NCBI GenBank assembly: GCA_022574295.1
Contig: JACZSJ010000003.1
Coordinates: 1-62,192, forward strand
Direction of reading: 5' to 3'
DNA length: 62,192 bases
Source: Pseudomonadota bacterium
GTDB taxonomy: Bacteria; Pseudomonadota; Gammaproteobacteria; Eutrophobiales; Eutrophobiaceae
Within the stretch, counting starts at the first letter, position 1, and each line of letters starts with the position of its first letter. The notes beneath the pieces were generated by a model that did not search any database, was not told the origin of the DNA, and was given only the letters and a program-made list of their open reading frames with translations. Shown piece after piece: positions 10,701 to 22,098 of this stretch. The position numbers and the translations under genes were made by a program.

Positions 10701-11340
10701 TCAATTGTTTATTTATCAGTTTGGCTACTGGTCCTGACGCAATTTCACGTAGTAACATCACTTTGCTGTTGGTGTTTGTTTTTCTATATATATGTTTTAG
10801 GTGTGTTCGTACAGTCGAGACGCAGATGTTCAATGCGTTGGCGGTACTCTTTAACTCCGGATACTCCATAAGCATAGTCATGACTCTGATTTCGGCAGGT
10901 GTTAGTTTATATGTTTCTCCTAGAACTTTTCCTATAGATGCTCCTTTAAGGTTTTTGTTAACCATTTTTTGTTTTGAGTTTATTGCAAATTCAATTGTTG
11001 TTTTGAGGTCAGATTCTCTGAGCGGCTTGTTAATGAAGCCCGCGGGATTGACTATCTTTGCTCTTCTTAAGGTTTTGCTGTCTGAATATGCGGTAACAAA
11101 TACGATTGGAATATTCATATGCTTGCTGATTGCCAGGGCAGCATCAATTCCGTCCGCGCCTTCACCAAGCCTGATATCCATTAATACAAGATCGGGTTCC
11201 ATATCTCTGGCCATATGAATGGCTTCTTTGGCTGATGAGGCAATACCGGGGACATTGTAACCAAAATTGTTGAGATGAAGCTGCATGATAGAAGCCGTTG
11301 TACGATCATCATCAACGATTAAAATATTTTTTTTGGACAT
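10654..11340 (-). CDS. Response regulator (REC plus LuxR-type HTH)
   Basis: ILIVDDD, LVLMDI, FVTAY and KP in the REC domain; LTPAE...STVRTHLKHIYRK HTH. Confidence 0.88.
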   Translation of the reverse strand: MSKKNILIVDDDRTTASIMQLHLNNFGYNVPGIASSAKEAIHMARDMEPDLVLMDIRLGEGADGIDAALAISKHMNIPIVFVTAYSDSKTLRRAKIVNPAGFINKPLRESDLKTTIEFAINSKQKMVNKNLKGASIGKVLGETYKLTPAEIRVMTMLMEYPELKSTANALNICVSTVRTHLKHIYRKTNTNSKVMLLREIASGPVAKLINKQLNGKTNFKNWANFTDS

Positions 11341-11470
11341 CCGTAAGTATTAGTAGCAATCAAATGTTCATGCATTCTACTATATGAAATTGATCAGATG
11401 TTATTCACCCACCCTATTTGGGGTAGGTTTTGATCAAAATAATTGACCAATCAGCTTAAATATAGATGAA

Positions 11471-11743
11471 TTAAATATTTTTTGGGTGTTCAGCCCGTTG
11501 TATATAAAATTTAAATAAATCTGTCGCTTCATCTATATTCAACAACTTGTGATTGGTCCTGGCACAATACGCCTCAAAATCAATCACTGAGTGCGGATCA
11601 GTCGCCTCAACATAAAGTATTTCGCCTGGTTGCATCTTGTTCAGTAATACTTTGGTCTTCAATATCGGTAAAGGGCAATTTAGACCTTTGGCATCTAAGG
11701 TTTGATCTTCTTTAATGGTCATTGCCGAATTGTCGTTATTCAT
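11471..11743 (-). CDS. TusA/SirA family sulfur carrier
   Basis: LDAKGLNCPLP and ATDP motifs. Confidence 0.9.
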   Translation of the reverse strand: MNNDNSAMTIKEDQTLDAKGLNCPLPILKTKVLLNKMQPGEILYVEATDPHSVIDFEAYCARTNHKLLNIDEATDLFKFYIQRAEHPKNI

Positions 11744-11819
11744 TGGATTTACGGTTTTTATGCGATAGCGCTTAGTTTACTTCGCCCTTATAAATATTTC
11801 TGCATCATGTTGCAAAATA

Positions 11820-11838
11820 TATGTTATATTATAACATA
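11820..11838. promoter_or_regulatory. Zur box
   Basis: Palindrome TATGTTATA-T-TATAACATA matches the proteobacterial Zur consensus (ATGTTATAnTATAACAT) and lies just upstream of zur-znu. Confidence 0.85.
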
Positions 11839-11874
11839 ACAAAATAATAAATATCTAATAAACAACCACATAGC

Positions 11875-12387
11875 ATGCGAAAAACGAATGTAATTACGCC
11901 TTTCAAGAAATTGAGCCACGTGCATCAGCAATGTGCTGATTCGGCATTATCCGTGGCGGAGGAGACTTGCAATTCGCGTGGTGTGCGTTTAACCAAATTG
12001 CGTAGGAGGGTGTTGGAACTTGTTTGGAGTAGTCATGAACCAATCAAGGCTTACGACATATTGGACATACTGCGTAATGAACGTAGCGGATCAGCACCAC
12101 CAACGGTTTATCGTGCATTAGAATTTTTACAGGATGAGGGAATGGTTCATAAGATTGAATCATTAAATTCGTATGTCGGTTGTGGCGCACCTGCCCATAA
12201 TCATGCCAGTCAGTTTCTGATTTGCCATTCATGCGGTGCGGTTGCAGAAATGGATGATATAGATATCAGGAATTTGATCGCCGATAAAGCTGCCGATATG
12301 GGTTTTAAAATTGATAAGGAAATAATCGAAGTGAAAGGAATTTGTTCCCAATGCAGTGGTGAATATAGCAGTGACAAAAAATGTTGA
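11875..12387 (+). CDS. zur: Zinc uptake regulator (Fur family)
   Basis: AYDILD, PPTVYRAL, HKIESLNSYVGC and two CxxC motifs. Confidence 0.92.
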   Translation: MRKTNVITPFKKLSHVHQQCADSALSVAEETCNSRGVRLTKLRRRVLELVWSSHEPIKAYDILDILRNERSGSAPPTVYRALEFLQDEGMVHKIESLNSYVGCGAPAHNHASQFLICHSCGAVAEMDDIDIRNLIADKAADMGFKIDKEIIEVKGICSQCSGEYSSDKKC

Positions 12388-12397
12388 GTACTCAGGG

Positions 12398-13270
12398 ATG
12401 CTTAGAATATTATTGTATATAGCTTTATTTGCAAGTCAGTTACTACAGGATTGTTATGCAGATAATGTCGATATAAAGAATATATTTGTAAGTATCCTTC
12501 CGCAAAAATATTTTGTTAAGAGAATTGGCGGTGAGTATGTAAATGTTTCAGTGATGGTAGGTGCTGGACAGAACCCTGCGACATACGAGCCATCACCTAA
12601 ACAAATGGTACTGTTAAATGAATCACGATTATATTTCCGGATTGGTGTTCCCTTTGAAAATATATGGATTGATGTCGTTAGAGAATTAAACCCGAAGATA
12701 AAAATAGTTGAGTGTTGTACAGAACTGACATCAATCGTGCTTGAAGAACACGCTCACGGTCATCACGATGGAGCAGCGAATGTGGCTGATCCACACATCT
12801 GGACAAGTCCTGTCAATGCGAAATATATTTCGCTTAAGATCAAAGAGGCACTGATTGAAATTCTTCCAGCTCACAAAATGGAATTAGAAGATAATTATTC
12901 AAAATTAATAAAAGACCTGACCAGGCTTGATCAGGACATCAGATTACGTCTGGCGCACCTGGATAATCGCTATATTGTTGTTTCCCACCCGTCCTGGGGT
13001 TATTACGCAGATGCATATGGTTTAATCCAGATGCCGATTGAATCAGATGGTAAGGAAGTCCGCGCGAAGTCCTTAGTAAAATTGATTGAGTTTTCGCGGT
13101 CAAAACATATAAACAGGATATTTGTACAAAAACAATTTAATCAAAGTTCTGCAATAATACTTGCAAACGAAATTGATGCGCAAGTCATCGAACTGGATCC
13201 ACTCGCTGAAGACTATATTGCCAATCTTTATCATGTGACGGATGCCATCAGCTATCATGGGTATAAATAG
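12398..13270 (+). CDS. znuA: Zinc ABC transporter substrate-binding protein
   Basis: TYEPSP, His-rich loop, DPHIWTSP and HPSWGYY. Start uncertain (12356-12398). Confidence 0.88.
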   Translation: MLRILLYIALFASQLLQDCYADNVDIKNIFVSILPQKYFVKRIGGEYVNVSVMVGAGQNPATYEPSPKQMVLLNESRLYFRIGVPFENIWIDVVRELNPKIKIVECCTELTSIVLEEHAHGHHDGAANVADPHIWTSPVNAKYISLKIKEALIEILPAHKMELEDNYSKLIKDLTRLDQDIRLRLAHLDNRYIVVSHPSWGYYADAYGLIQMPIESDGKEVRAKSLVKLIEFSRSKHINRIFVQKQFNQSSAIILANEIDAQVIELDPLAEDYIANLYHVTDAISYHGYK

Positions 13271-13281
13271 GAAAGTTGGTG

Positions 13282-14007
13282 ATGAACCCAATTATTGAGA
13301 TTGACAATGTCAGTTTTTCCTACAGTCATGTCCCCGTTGTGCGTGATATAAATCTTGTTATCCATGAGGGCGAATTTCTGGGTGTGATAGGTCCCAATGC
13401 CGGCGGGAAAAGTACACTACTTAAATTAATTCTTGGCTTGCTCAGGCCTGATGCAGGTGAAATTACTGTGTTTGGCAAGAGTCCTGACAAAGGGCGTTCT
13501 CGAATAGGTTATGTCCCCCAATATCCAGCATTCTCCAGGGATTTCCCGATCAATGTTTGTGATGTAGTACTTTTAGGCCGACTTGGAGAAACGCGTTGGT
13601 ATGGAGGATATACACAGGAAGACAGGGAGATCGCAATGGATGCGCTTAAAGCGGTTGAGATCGACAATATTTGGAATCAGAGTATTGATTCTCTTTCAGG
13701 TGGACAGTTACAACGAATGTTGATTGCTCGGGCACTCGCTTCTAAACCAGAGATTCTTATCCTTGACGAACCCACTGCGAATATAGACGTACGTGCTGAA
13801 GAGGATATCTTTGCGTTACTGAAACAATACAATGATCACATGACAATCATTGTTGTGTCACATGATATAGGCTTTATTTCAGGCTATGTTGGTCGAGTCG
13901 CATGTCTGAACCAGACACTGCTTTGCCATACTACAAGTGAAATTAACGGTAAGACCATTGAAGAATTGTATGGTGCTCCCGTCAGGATGATTCAACATGC
14001 ACACTAG
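13282..14007 (+). CDS. znuC: Zinc ABC transporter ATPase
   Basis: GPNAGGKST, GYVPQ, LSGGQ and LDEPT motifs. Confidence 0.9.
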   Translation: MNPIIEIDNVSFSYSHVPVVRDINLVIHEGEFLGVIGPNAGGKSTLLKLILGLLRPDAGEITVFGKSPDKGRSRIGYVPQYPAFSRDFPINVCDVVLLGRLGETRWYGGYTQEDREIAMDALKAVEIDNIWNQSIDSLSGGQLQRMLIARALASKPEILILDEPTANIDVRAEEDIFALLKQYNDHMTIIVVSHDIGFISGYVGRVACLNQTLLCHTTSEINGKTIEELYGAPVRMIQHAH

Positions 14008-14864
14008 TGGACATGAATCTTATGACTGAATTTTTATCTGCATTGGCAAATTATACATTTATGCAGCATGCACTTATGGCTTGTATATTGTCCAGTATCG
14101 GCTGTGGAATCATAGGTACATATGTTGTTGTTAAAAGAATAGGTTTTCTTGCGGGTGGTATCGCGCATACAGTTTTGGCTGGCATGGGCATCGCATATTT
14201 CATGGGAGGCTCCCCACTATTAGGAGCAGTTATCGCTGCTCTGTTTGCAGCTGTATTCATTAGCTTTATCAAGCTGCGCTGGAAACAACAGGAAGATATT
14301 CTGGTGGCAGCTTTCTGGTCGGTCGGAATGGCTATAGGTATATTGTTTATATCAAGAACGCCAGGTTACAGCGTTGATTTGATGAGCTTTCTATTCGGGA
14401 ATATATTGCTTGTGTCAAAATCAGACCTGATATTAATGATGATGCTCGATATCGTAACAGTAGGCATAGTCTTTTTATTTTATAAGCAGTTCATGGTGGC
14501 AGTATTTGATGAAGAGTTTGCGCGTCTTCGCGGTATAAGGATTGAAGTCTACTACACTTTACTGATGTGTATGGTCGCATTAACTGTTGTGTTGCTTATT
14601 CAAATCGTCGGGCTTATTTTAGTGATAGCGCTATTAATATTTCCAGCCGCATGTGCAGCACAGTTTTTTCATTCAATATTTAAAATGATGTTGGCCGCAA
14701 CAGCAATATGTCTACTTGCGACTGTAAGTGGTTTAGCGATTGCTTATCAGCCAGATTTGCCGGCGGGGGCCACAATCATAGTCACTGCCGGTGTATTCTA
14801 TGCAGTAGCTATAGCAAGCAGCAGATTATTGAAACAATTGCAAAAAAAATCTGTTGCAAACTAA
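14007..14864 (+). CDS. znuB: Zinc ABC transporter permease
   Basis: ABC-3 permease motifs GIAHTVLAG, FLFGNIL and FDEEFA. Confidence 0.9.
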   Translation: MDMNLMTEFLSALANYTFMQHALMACILSSIGCGIIGTYVVVKRIGFLAGGIAHTVLAGMGIAYFMGGSPLLGAVIAALFAAVFISFIKLRWKQQEDILVAAFWSVGMAIGILFISRTPGYSVDLMSFLFGNILLVSKSDLILMMMLDIVTVGIVFLFYKQFMVAVFDEEFARLRGIRIEVYYTLLMCMVALTVVLLIQIVGLILVIALLIFPAACAAQFFHSIFKMMLAATAICLLATVSGLAIAYQPDLPAGATIIVTAGVFYAVAIASSRLLKQLQKKSVAN

Positions 14865-15913
14865 GCCCTGCGTTTCTGGACGGCTTCGGCAAGCTTTCCG
14901 ATCAGGATTTCTGACTCTTCCCAGCCCAGGCAGGCATCGGTGACGCTTTGACCGTATACAAGTTCCTGACCTTCGATAATATCCTGACGGCCTGCCACCA
15001 GATGACTTTCAATCATGATACCCATTATTCGACGATCACCGGCTGCAATTTGATTAGCTACGTCCGTACCCACATCCAATTGTACTTCATATTGCTTGTT
15101 GCTATTTGCATGGCTGAAATCGATCATGATATTGGGTAATAACCCTGCTTTTTCTAATTCTTCAGCGACTTTATCAATACTTGCCGAGTCATAATTAGGC
15201 TCCTTGCCACCACGAAGAATAATATGGCAGTCTGAATTTCCTGTAGTAGAAAAAATCCCTGAATTACCTTCCTTGCGTACGGAAAGAAAATGATGGGGGC
15301 GAACTGCGGCACCAATCGCGTCAACAGCTACTTTTGTTGTTCCATCCGTGCCGTTTTTAAAACCAACAGGACATGACAGACCAGAGGCCAGTTCACGGTG
15401 TACCTGACTTTCGGTTGTCCGTGCACCAATCGCACCCCAACTGATCAAATCAGTCACATATTGAGGTGTGATTAAATCAAGATATTCTGTTCCAGCAGGA
15501 ACGCCTGATACATTAAGATCATGTAGAAGATTGCGGGCCAAACGTAGACCCTGGTTGATCTCAAAACTCCCATCCAGATTAGGATCATTAATCAGACCCT
15601 TCCAACCAACGGTTGTTCTTGGTTTTTCAAAATAAACACGCATGATAATTAACAGATCATTTGAGTATTTTTTGATCAGGAGTTTTAATCTTGAGGCATA
15701 TTCGGTTGCTGATTTTACATCATGGATAGAACAAGGCCCGGTGATGACCACAAGACGGTCGTCATCCCCGGATAAAATATCATGAACGGCCTGTCGCGTA
15801 TTATAAGTTGTTTGTGCGGCTTGTTTCGTGACGGGAATTTCTTCCAGGAGCACAGCAGGAGGTATGAGAGTTTTTATTTCATTGATGCGAAGGTCGTCTG
15901 TTTGGTATTTCAT
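14861..15913 (-). CDS. aroG: DAHP synthase, class I
   Basis: GPCSIHD, FEKPRTTVGWKG and GARTTESQVHRELASG motifs. Confidence 0.93.
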   Translation of the reverse strand: MKYQTDDLRINEIKTLIPPAVLLEEIPVTKQAAQTTYNTRQAVHDILSGDDDRLVVITGPCSIHDVKSATEYASRLKLLIKKYSNDLLIIMRVYFEKPRTTVGWKGLINDPNLDGSFEINQGLRLARNLLHDLNVSGVPAGTEYLDLITPQYVTDLISWGAIGARTTESQVHRELASGLSCPVGFKNGTDGTTKVAVDAIGAAVRPHHFLSVRKEGNSGIFSTTGNSDCHIILRGGKEPNYDSASIDKVAEELEKAGLLPNIMIDFSHANSNKQYEVQLDVGTDVANQIAAGDRRIMGIMIESHLVAGRQDIIEGQELVYGQSVTDACLGWEESEILIGKLAEAVQKRRA

Positions 15914-15973
15914 TTTTAAATCTACTTTTATTGTATAAAAATTATTTCTAGTTACTCTTGAATTAATGTTGTT

Positions 15974-16318
<345 letters not shown>

Positions 16319-16618
16319 TTATCCTGTTAAATCCATAAGGGAAGTGGCGATTATAGGCATCTTGTTGCAAGTAACAAACATAATCGTAAAATGCGCGGTT
16401 TCGAAGGTCATGTAATCGGGATATTATGGAGTGGAATAGACTATACCTTAACGATAGCAGGGTATTATCTTCCAGAGTGAATGATGATTTGGATGAGTCA
16501 GGGTCAATGGAAGCTCAGACAACAAGTTGTGCCCATCAAGAATATCATACAGGGGAATTATTTTTAAATTTCAGAATCGAAGTTGGAATAACACTAAAGA
16601 CATGACAGGATTAAAACT

Positions 16619-17257
16619 ATGATTAACGACCATAACATTGTATTCAAACTAATATTTCTGTCATCTTTATGTTTGATCAATACAGCCTGTGATGAAAGTC
16701 TCTATCCTGTTGATGTATCCGAAAAGTTTTGGAGAGCAATTAAGGACAAGGACGTAAGAGTGATACGGAAATATTCAACAGAAGACAGCTTAACGGGAGA
16801 AGAACTGAGTGAGAATATTTTGCCGCTTGATGAGATTGTATTAGGGAAAACGATTATCGATGGCGACAGTGCATGGGTTGATACGACGGTGACAATCTCC
16901 GGTGACAGACCTTTAACACTCCCATTGCGGACTGTACTGATTAGAGAAAATAAACAATGGAAGGTAGATTATGATGAAACAATAAAACTGGTGTCAAAGG
17001 AAAGTTCAGTCTCCAGAATTATCAGCAGCATAAGAAGTATGAGGGAGGATCTGACAGCAGAGCTCAGTCAGTCCATGGAAGACATACAAAAAGCAATCCC
17101 GGAAGTGAAAGAAGAGATCGAAAAAATAGAAGAGTCATTATTGGAATATGTTCCGGAGTTAAAAAAACAAATAGAGGAATTTGTAAAAGACCTTAGAGAT
17201 GCCATTGAAGGATTGAGCGAGGGGTCAGGAGAGTCAACGGAAACTACCGAGACTTAG
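16619..17257 (+). CDS. Hypothetical lipoprotein with helical C-terminal half
   Basis: Hydrophobic leader ending NTAC, LxxENKQWKV segment and acidic amphipathic tail. Confidence 0.7.
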   Translation: MINDHNIVFKLIFLSSLCLINTACDESLYPVDVSEKFWRAIKDKDVRVIRKYSTEDSLTGEELSENILPLDEIVLGKTIIDGDSAWVDTTVTISGDRPLTLPLRTVLIRENKQWKVDYDETIKLVSKESSVSRIISSIRSMREDLTAELSQSMEDIQKAIPEVKEEIEKIEESLLEYVPELKKQIEEFVKDLRDAIEGLSEGSGESTETTET

Positions 17258-17357
17258 TCTTATCATAGTTATTAACTTGGGGCTATTTACTTTATGCAGA
17301 GGGTCAACTACTCTCTAGGCATCATGAATTTATGACGCGGTCGAGGGGGTCAATGGC

Positions 17358-17864
17358 ATGAGGATTCTCAGGTTAGTTTCATTGTTTGTTATGGTTATGA
17401 TCACATCAAATGGTTGGGCTGTAGAGCCCATCGATGATCAACAAGCCATGTTCTATTATCAGATACCCTTTGGTGGAATAAAAAAGGCAGATAACTTACA
17501 CAAATTCGGCTTTCGCATTGATCGTGTCACTGTTGACAGATTGACTGGGCAATACAGTGATTCACTCACTTTTAATGATCTAATGAAAAGACCAGCTTCA
17601 TTGGATATACAGATGGGCCATCAAGGTATCGCAGCATTCAAGATGCATGGATATGATTATTTGCCCCAATTAATTAGTCAGGTTGATGATCAAGGTGGTC
17701 AGGATGGTGGGGAGAATGGCGAAGCAGATGGCCAAGAAAATGGTGAGGCCAGTAAGGCAGAAAAAAACGAAGATGATAAATATGTAAAACTTCCGGAATT
17801 AAACCAAACATCTTTTGGTCTATTGCTTGGAGTAGGTATCCTTATTATCGCAATAACTCTATAA
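17358..17864 (+). CDS. Hypothetical exported protein with C-terminal membrane anchor
   Basis: RBS GAGGGGG, signal peptide, acidic Gly-rich linker and terminal hydrophobic helix. Confidence 0.75.
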   Translation: MRILRLVSLFVMVMITSNGWAVEPIDDQQAMFYYQIPFGGIKKADNLHKFGFRIDRVTVDRLTGQYSDSLTFNDLMKRPASLDIQMGHQGIAAFKMHGYDYLPQLISQVDDQGGQDGGENGEADGQENGEASKAEKNEDDKYVKLPELNQTSFGLLLGVGILIIAITL

Positions 17865-17888
17865 CTGGGTTTGGTGGGTAGAACAGAA

Positions 17889-18155
17889 CTAGATGCCCAT
17901 ATTACTTAGAGTGACCATAATGTCATTGATGATGGCTGTTGCACGCGGGTGTTCTGTTTCAAAGTGGTTAACAGATTCCTTAAGGCCAGCCAGTAGCTCT
18001 GACTGTTTTTTGTTTTGCATCTCTGTTTCAAGACCTGATTCGATGTCCTGAAGGAGTATCTCAAGTTTTTCTTTAGGATTATCTTCGTCTGCACTCAGAT
18101 TTTTTATCTCGGCGCGTAGTTTCTCGATATCATCTCGTATTTTTTTTTCAGGCAT
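17889..18155 (-). CDS. DUF4404 family protein
   Basis: FETEHP...LSNMGI C-terminal signature. Confidence 0.85.
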   Translation of the reverse strand: MPEKKIRDDIEKLRAEIKNLSADEDNPKEKLEILLQDIESGLETEMQNKKQSELLAGLKESVNHFETEHPRATAIINDIMVTLSNMGI

Positions 18156-18236
18156 TGCAATCGTCTTTGTTATGAACCATTAGTAACATTATAGCTAGTC
18201 ATGTGGCATTGGGAATCAATTTTTAACTCTTTTAAA

Positions 18237-18313
18237 TGGTGGGCCCGGTAGGACTTGAACCTACGACCAATGGATTATGAGTCCACTGCTCTAACCAACT
18301 GAGCTACAGGCCC
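18237..18313 (-). tRNA. tRNA-Ile2 (CAT, lysidine type)
   Basis: GGGCCTGTAGCTCAG...CTCATAA...GGGCCCACCA; ileX-like sequence and position downstream of rpoD. Confidence 0.9.
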
Positions 18314-18361
18314 GAATGGAGTTGCACCGCTATTCTTGTTCCGAATCTTTACGAATCAAGT

Positions 18362-20197
18362 CTATGAATCAAGGAAGGTGTTTAGCTGTTCTGATCTTGA
18401 AGGATGTCTGAGTTTCCTTAGTGCTTTGGCTTCGATCTGGCGAATGCGTTCACGAGTCACATCAAACTGTTTGCCCACCTCTTCCAGAGTATGATCCGTA
18501 TTCATGTCAATCCCAAAGCGCATGCGCAACACTTTTGCCTCTCTAGGTGTCAGGCCGGCCAGTGCTTCCTTGGTTGAACGGCGTAAGCCTTCAAACCCAG
18601 CAGAGTCACTCGGGGCCAGGATATTAGCATCTTCAATAAAATCACCGAGATGTGAATCTTCATCATCACCAATAGGTGTTTCCATCGAAATAGGTTCTTT
18701 GGCAATCTTCAGTACCTTGCGCACCTTTTCCTCGGGCATTTCCATTCTTTCTGCAAGTTCTTCCGGTGTTGGTTCTCTACCCATTTCCTGAAGAATCTGT
18801 CTTGAAATACGATTCAGCTTGTTGATCGTTTCGATCATATGCACCGGTATTCGTATGGTGCGTGCCTGATCAGCAATCGAACGGGTAATCGCCTGGCGTA
18901 TCCACCAGGTTGCATAGGTTGAGAATTTATAGCCTCTTCGATATTCAAATTTATCAACTGCTTTCATCAAACCTATATTCCCTTCCTGAATCAGATCGAG
19001 GAATAGTAACCCACGATTGGTATATTTTTTTGCAATAGAAATAACCAGACGCAGGTTAGCTTCAACCATTTCTTTCTTGGCTCGACGAGCCTGTGCCTCA
19101 CCAATAGAAATACCCCGGTTTATTTCTTTCATATCAGTGATGGTTAAATCTGATTCACTAAACAGCACAGACAGTTTCTTCTGAATCTTTAATATTGCAT
19201 CCTGATTTTCCTTAATTGCCTGTGCATAGGGTTTTTTTGAACGGGCAATATTTTTTACCCAGGCGGTATTAATTTCATTCCCAGGGAAAGATTCTATAAA
19301 TTCCTTGCGAGGCATTTCACAATCGTTGACACAAATTCTCAAAATTTCTCGTTCCGAAGATCGGATAACACCGATAATTTCCTGTTCATTCCTGATTAAA
19401 ATATCAAAGAATTTTGGAGCAAGTTTTAAATCCAGAAAGAATTTATTCAGTTCATCCTGAAGTTCTTTTGTCTTTTTATGAGCTCTGCCATATTTCTTCA
19501 GGGCCTTAATGGTCTTTACGTAATGTTTGGCGAGTGGCTCGACTGTTACTCGTACTTCTTCAATCGATAATACATACTCTTCCTCTTCATCGTCATCTGA
19601 GTCTTCAGTCTCTTCCCTCTGAGTAGGCTGTGGTGGAACCCTGCCACTATCCGGGTAATAGGAGTGATCATGGAAACCAACAACCAAATCACTGAGCTTA
19701 TATTCTTCATTTTCAACAGCAGCATAGGCCTTTAAAAAAATATTGATTGTTCCCGGGAATGCGCAGAGTCCCGATAACACCTGAATGATGCCTTGTTCAA
19801 TACGCTTGGCGATCTTGATTTCGCCTTCGCGGGTCAATAAATCAACAGTTCCCATTTCACGCATATACATGCGGACAGGGTCAGTGGTACGGCCAAATTC
19901 ACTTTCAACACTGGCAAGTTCAGCAGCAGCTTCTGCAGCAGCCTCTTCATCAGGACCCTCGGTGCTGTCGGTCATGATGATGTCCAGATCGGGCGGGGAC
20001 TCGTATACTTTTATCCCCATATCATTAATCATATTAATGATGTCTTCGATCTGTTCTGGTTCGACAATGCCTTCTGGCAGGTGGTCGTTTACCTCGGCAT
20101 AAGTCAGATAGCCCTGTTCCTTACCTTTGGCAATCAACACTTTCAGCTGGGACTGTTCTTTATTGTTTGGGGCGGGTTGTTTCTCTAATTCTTCCAT
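18362..20197 (-). CDS. rpoD: RNA polymerase sigma factor RpoD
   Basis: Regions 1.1-4: [36 protein letters not shown]. Confidence 0.98.
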   Translation of the reverse strand: MEELEKQPAPNNKEQSQLKVLIAKGKEQGYLTYAEVNDHLPEGIVEPEQIEDIINMINDMGIKVYESPPDLDIIMTDSTEGPDEEAAAEAAAELASVESEFGRTTDPVRMYMREMGTVDLLTREGEIKIAKRIEQGIIQVLSGLCAFPGTINIFLKAYAAVENEEYKLSDLVVGFHDHSYYPDSGRVPPQPTQREETEDSDDDEEEEYVLSIEEVRVTVEPLAKHYVKTIKALKKYGRAHKKTKELQDELNKFFLDLKLAPKFFDILIRNEQEIIGVIRSSEREILRICVNDCEMPRKEFIESFPGNEINTAWVKNIARSKKPYAQAIKENQDAILKIQKKLSVLFSESDLTITDMKEINRGISIGEAQARRAKKEMVEANLRLVISIAKKYTNRGLLFLDLIQEGNIGLMKAVDKFEYRRGYKFSTYATWWIRQAITRSIADQARTIRIPVHMIETINKLNRISRQILQEMGREPTPEELAERMEMPEEKVRKVLKIAKEPISMETPIGDDEDSHLGDFIEDANILAPSDSAGFEGLRRSTKEALAGLTPREAKVLRMRFGIDMNTDHTLEEVGKQFDVTRERIRQIEAKALRKLRHPSRSEQLNTFLDS

Positions 20198-20340
20198 CGT
20201 CTGTCTAAGCCGTAGACCGTGGCCGTGTAGGCTCTTGATCTCTCTTGGTTAATAAAACGTTAAGTGATTGTTTATGAAGGGGAAAGCGTTCTCCCCAAAC
20301 GGTCAATTATAGCACAATTTCTGGCACATGCCAGTTCGAT

Positions 20341-22098
20341 TTACTCTTCTGAATTGGTGGCGGGGGTGGGATTGAGCATACTGCGGGCCTCGTCAGGATT
20401 TTTAATATCTAGTTTCTGTAAGTTTATTTTGCGCAGTTGCTTCTGGTAGTCGTGTTTTATTTTATCAATGACCTCAAATAATTCTACCTTAAGAGCTTCA
20501 GGCTCAGTGAGTAAACAATCTTCGATTGATAGTTTATTCAGACGTTCTTCATATTTACTGTCGCGCCAATGTTCTAATATACCGGCACAGGAAATTTCCG
20601 GTTTTTGATGGATGAAGGTAAGTAATTCTCGAAGAAATCCCACGCCCTTTGTTTCGATATCGCTTAAGGTACTTGGCTCAATGGTCATGCCTAATTCCGG
20701 GTTATGTAACAGTAATCTGATGGCATCGGCAACATGGCTTTTGAGCTTTTTGTTGGTTTGTGATGCTGAAACCAGATGTTGAGCTTTCGTAGATTTTACC
20801 GTTGGTTTCTTTTGATCAATCAGCTTACGAAGGCTGTCGATGCTAATACCTGTCAATTTGAAGATATCGTTGAGAAGTAATTCTTGTAATGCGCCGGCAG
20901 GAAGTACACCGACCAGTGGCATAATACCTTCTGCCAATTGGGCCAGACCCTCACGACTATCCAGGTTTGTTTCCCGTTTGAATTTATCGATCAGGTAATT
21001 TGACAGTGGCACATAATTATTCATATCCTCAAATTTTTCCCGACCATGTCTATGTACATAAGTATCCGGATCGTCACCCTCAGGCATAAACATGAAATGA
21101 ATCTGACGGCCTTCTTTCAGCAAGGGCAGGGCAATTTCCATTGAACGCCATGCGGCTTTTTGACCGGCATTATCACCGTCAAAACAAATAATGATTTGTG
21201 GGCAGACACGAAAAAGTCTTTCCAGATGATTTTCTGTGACTGCCGTACCAAGCGAAGCAACGACATTTCTTATTCCATGTTGGGCTAAGGCCAGTACATC
21301 CATATAGCCCTCAACGATATAGATACGTTCCATATCTTTAAGTTGATGACGTGCCTGAAACAGGCCATACAACTCGCGGCCTTTATGAAATATCGGTGTC
21401 TCTGGCGAGTTGAGATACTTCGGCAGGCTGTCATCAAAGACCCTGCCACCAAAGCCAATTGCCCGTCCTCGTTGATCTCGGATGGGGAAAATTATCCTGT
21501 CCCGAAATCGATCATAGTGATCACCGTTATCTTTTTCCAATATCATGCCGATTTGTGTGAGTCGCTGTTTTGCGGCATCGGAGGTACCCAGGGTATTGAG
21601 CAGGATGTCCCAGCCCGGAGGTGCAAACCCTAATTCAAATTCTTTGGCGAGTTCACCGGAGAGACCTCTTTGTTTAAGATAATCCACTGCGCGATGGGCT
21701 TCAGGAGACTCACGTAATTGTCGACAGAAGTGCCGAACAACCAGTTCCATCAATTCGTAAAGTTCAGAGTTATCTTTGGTTTTACTAAAATCGCCTTGTT
21801 CTCGTGGCACTTCAACGCCAGCGCGTGAGGCAAGTTCTTCTACAGCCTCGATAAAATCCAGTCCGCTATAATCCATCAGAAAGCTGATGGCAGTACCATG
21901 TGCCCCACAACCGAAACAGTGATAGAACTGTTTGTTCTGACTGACGGTAAATGAAGGGGTTTTTTCATCATGGAACGGACAGCACGCCTTAAAGTCTCTA
22001 CCTGCCTTTTTCAGAGCGACAGAGCTATCAACGATATCGACAATATCGATACGTGTGAGTAAATCATCAATAAAATGTTGTGGGATCAGGCCGACCAT
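20341..22098 (-). CDS. dnaG: DNA primase
   Basis: CPFHDEKTPSF, KYLNSPET, EGYMD and FDGD motifs. Confidence 0.97.
   Translation of the reverse strand: MVGLIPQHFIDDLLTRIDIVDIVDSSVALKKAGRDFKACCPFHDEKTPSFTVSQNKQFYHCFGCGAHGTAISFLMDYSGLDFIEAVEELASRAGVEVPREQGDFSKTKDNSELYELMELVVRHFCRQLRESPEAHRAVDYLKQRGLSGELAKEFELGFAPPGWDILLNTLGTSDAAKQRLTQIGMILEKDNGDHYDRFRDRIIFPIRDQRGRAIGFGGRVFDDSLPKYLNSPETPIFHKGRELYGLFQARHQLKDMERIYIVEGYMDVLALAQHGIRNVVASLGTAVTENHLERLFRVCPQIIICFDGDNAGQKAAWRSMEIALPLLKEGRQIHFMFMPEGDDPDTYVHRHGREKFEDMNNYVPLSNYLIDKFKRETNLDSREGLAQLAEGIMPLVGVLPAGALQELLLNDIFKLTGISIDSLRKLIDQKKPTVKSTKAQHLVSASQTNKKLKSHVADAIRLLLHNPELGMTIEPSTLSDIETKGVGFLRELLTFIHQKPEISCAGILEHWRDSKYEERLNKLSIEDCLLTEPEALKVELFEVIDKIKHDYQKQLRKINLQKLDIKNPDEARSMLNPTPATNSEE

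Noticed and set aside
10631-11218. 195-aa plus-strand ORF and the many other antisense ORFs in the track
   Set aside because: These are shadow frames of well-supported genes on the opposite strand.
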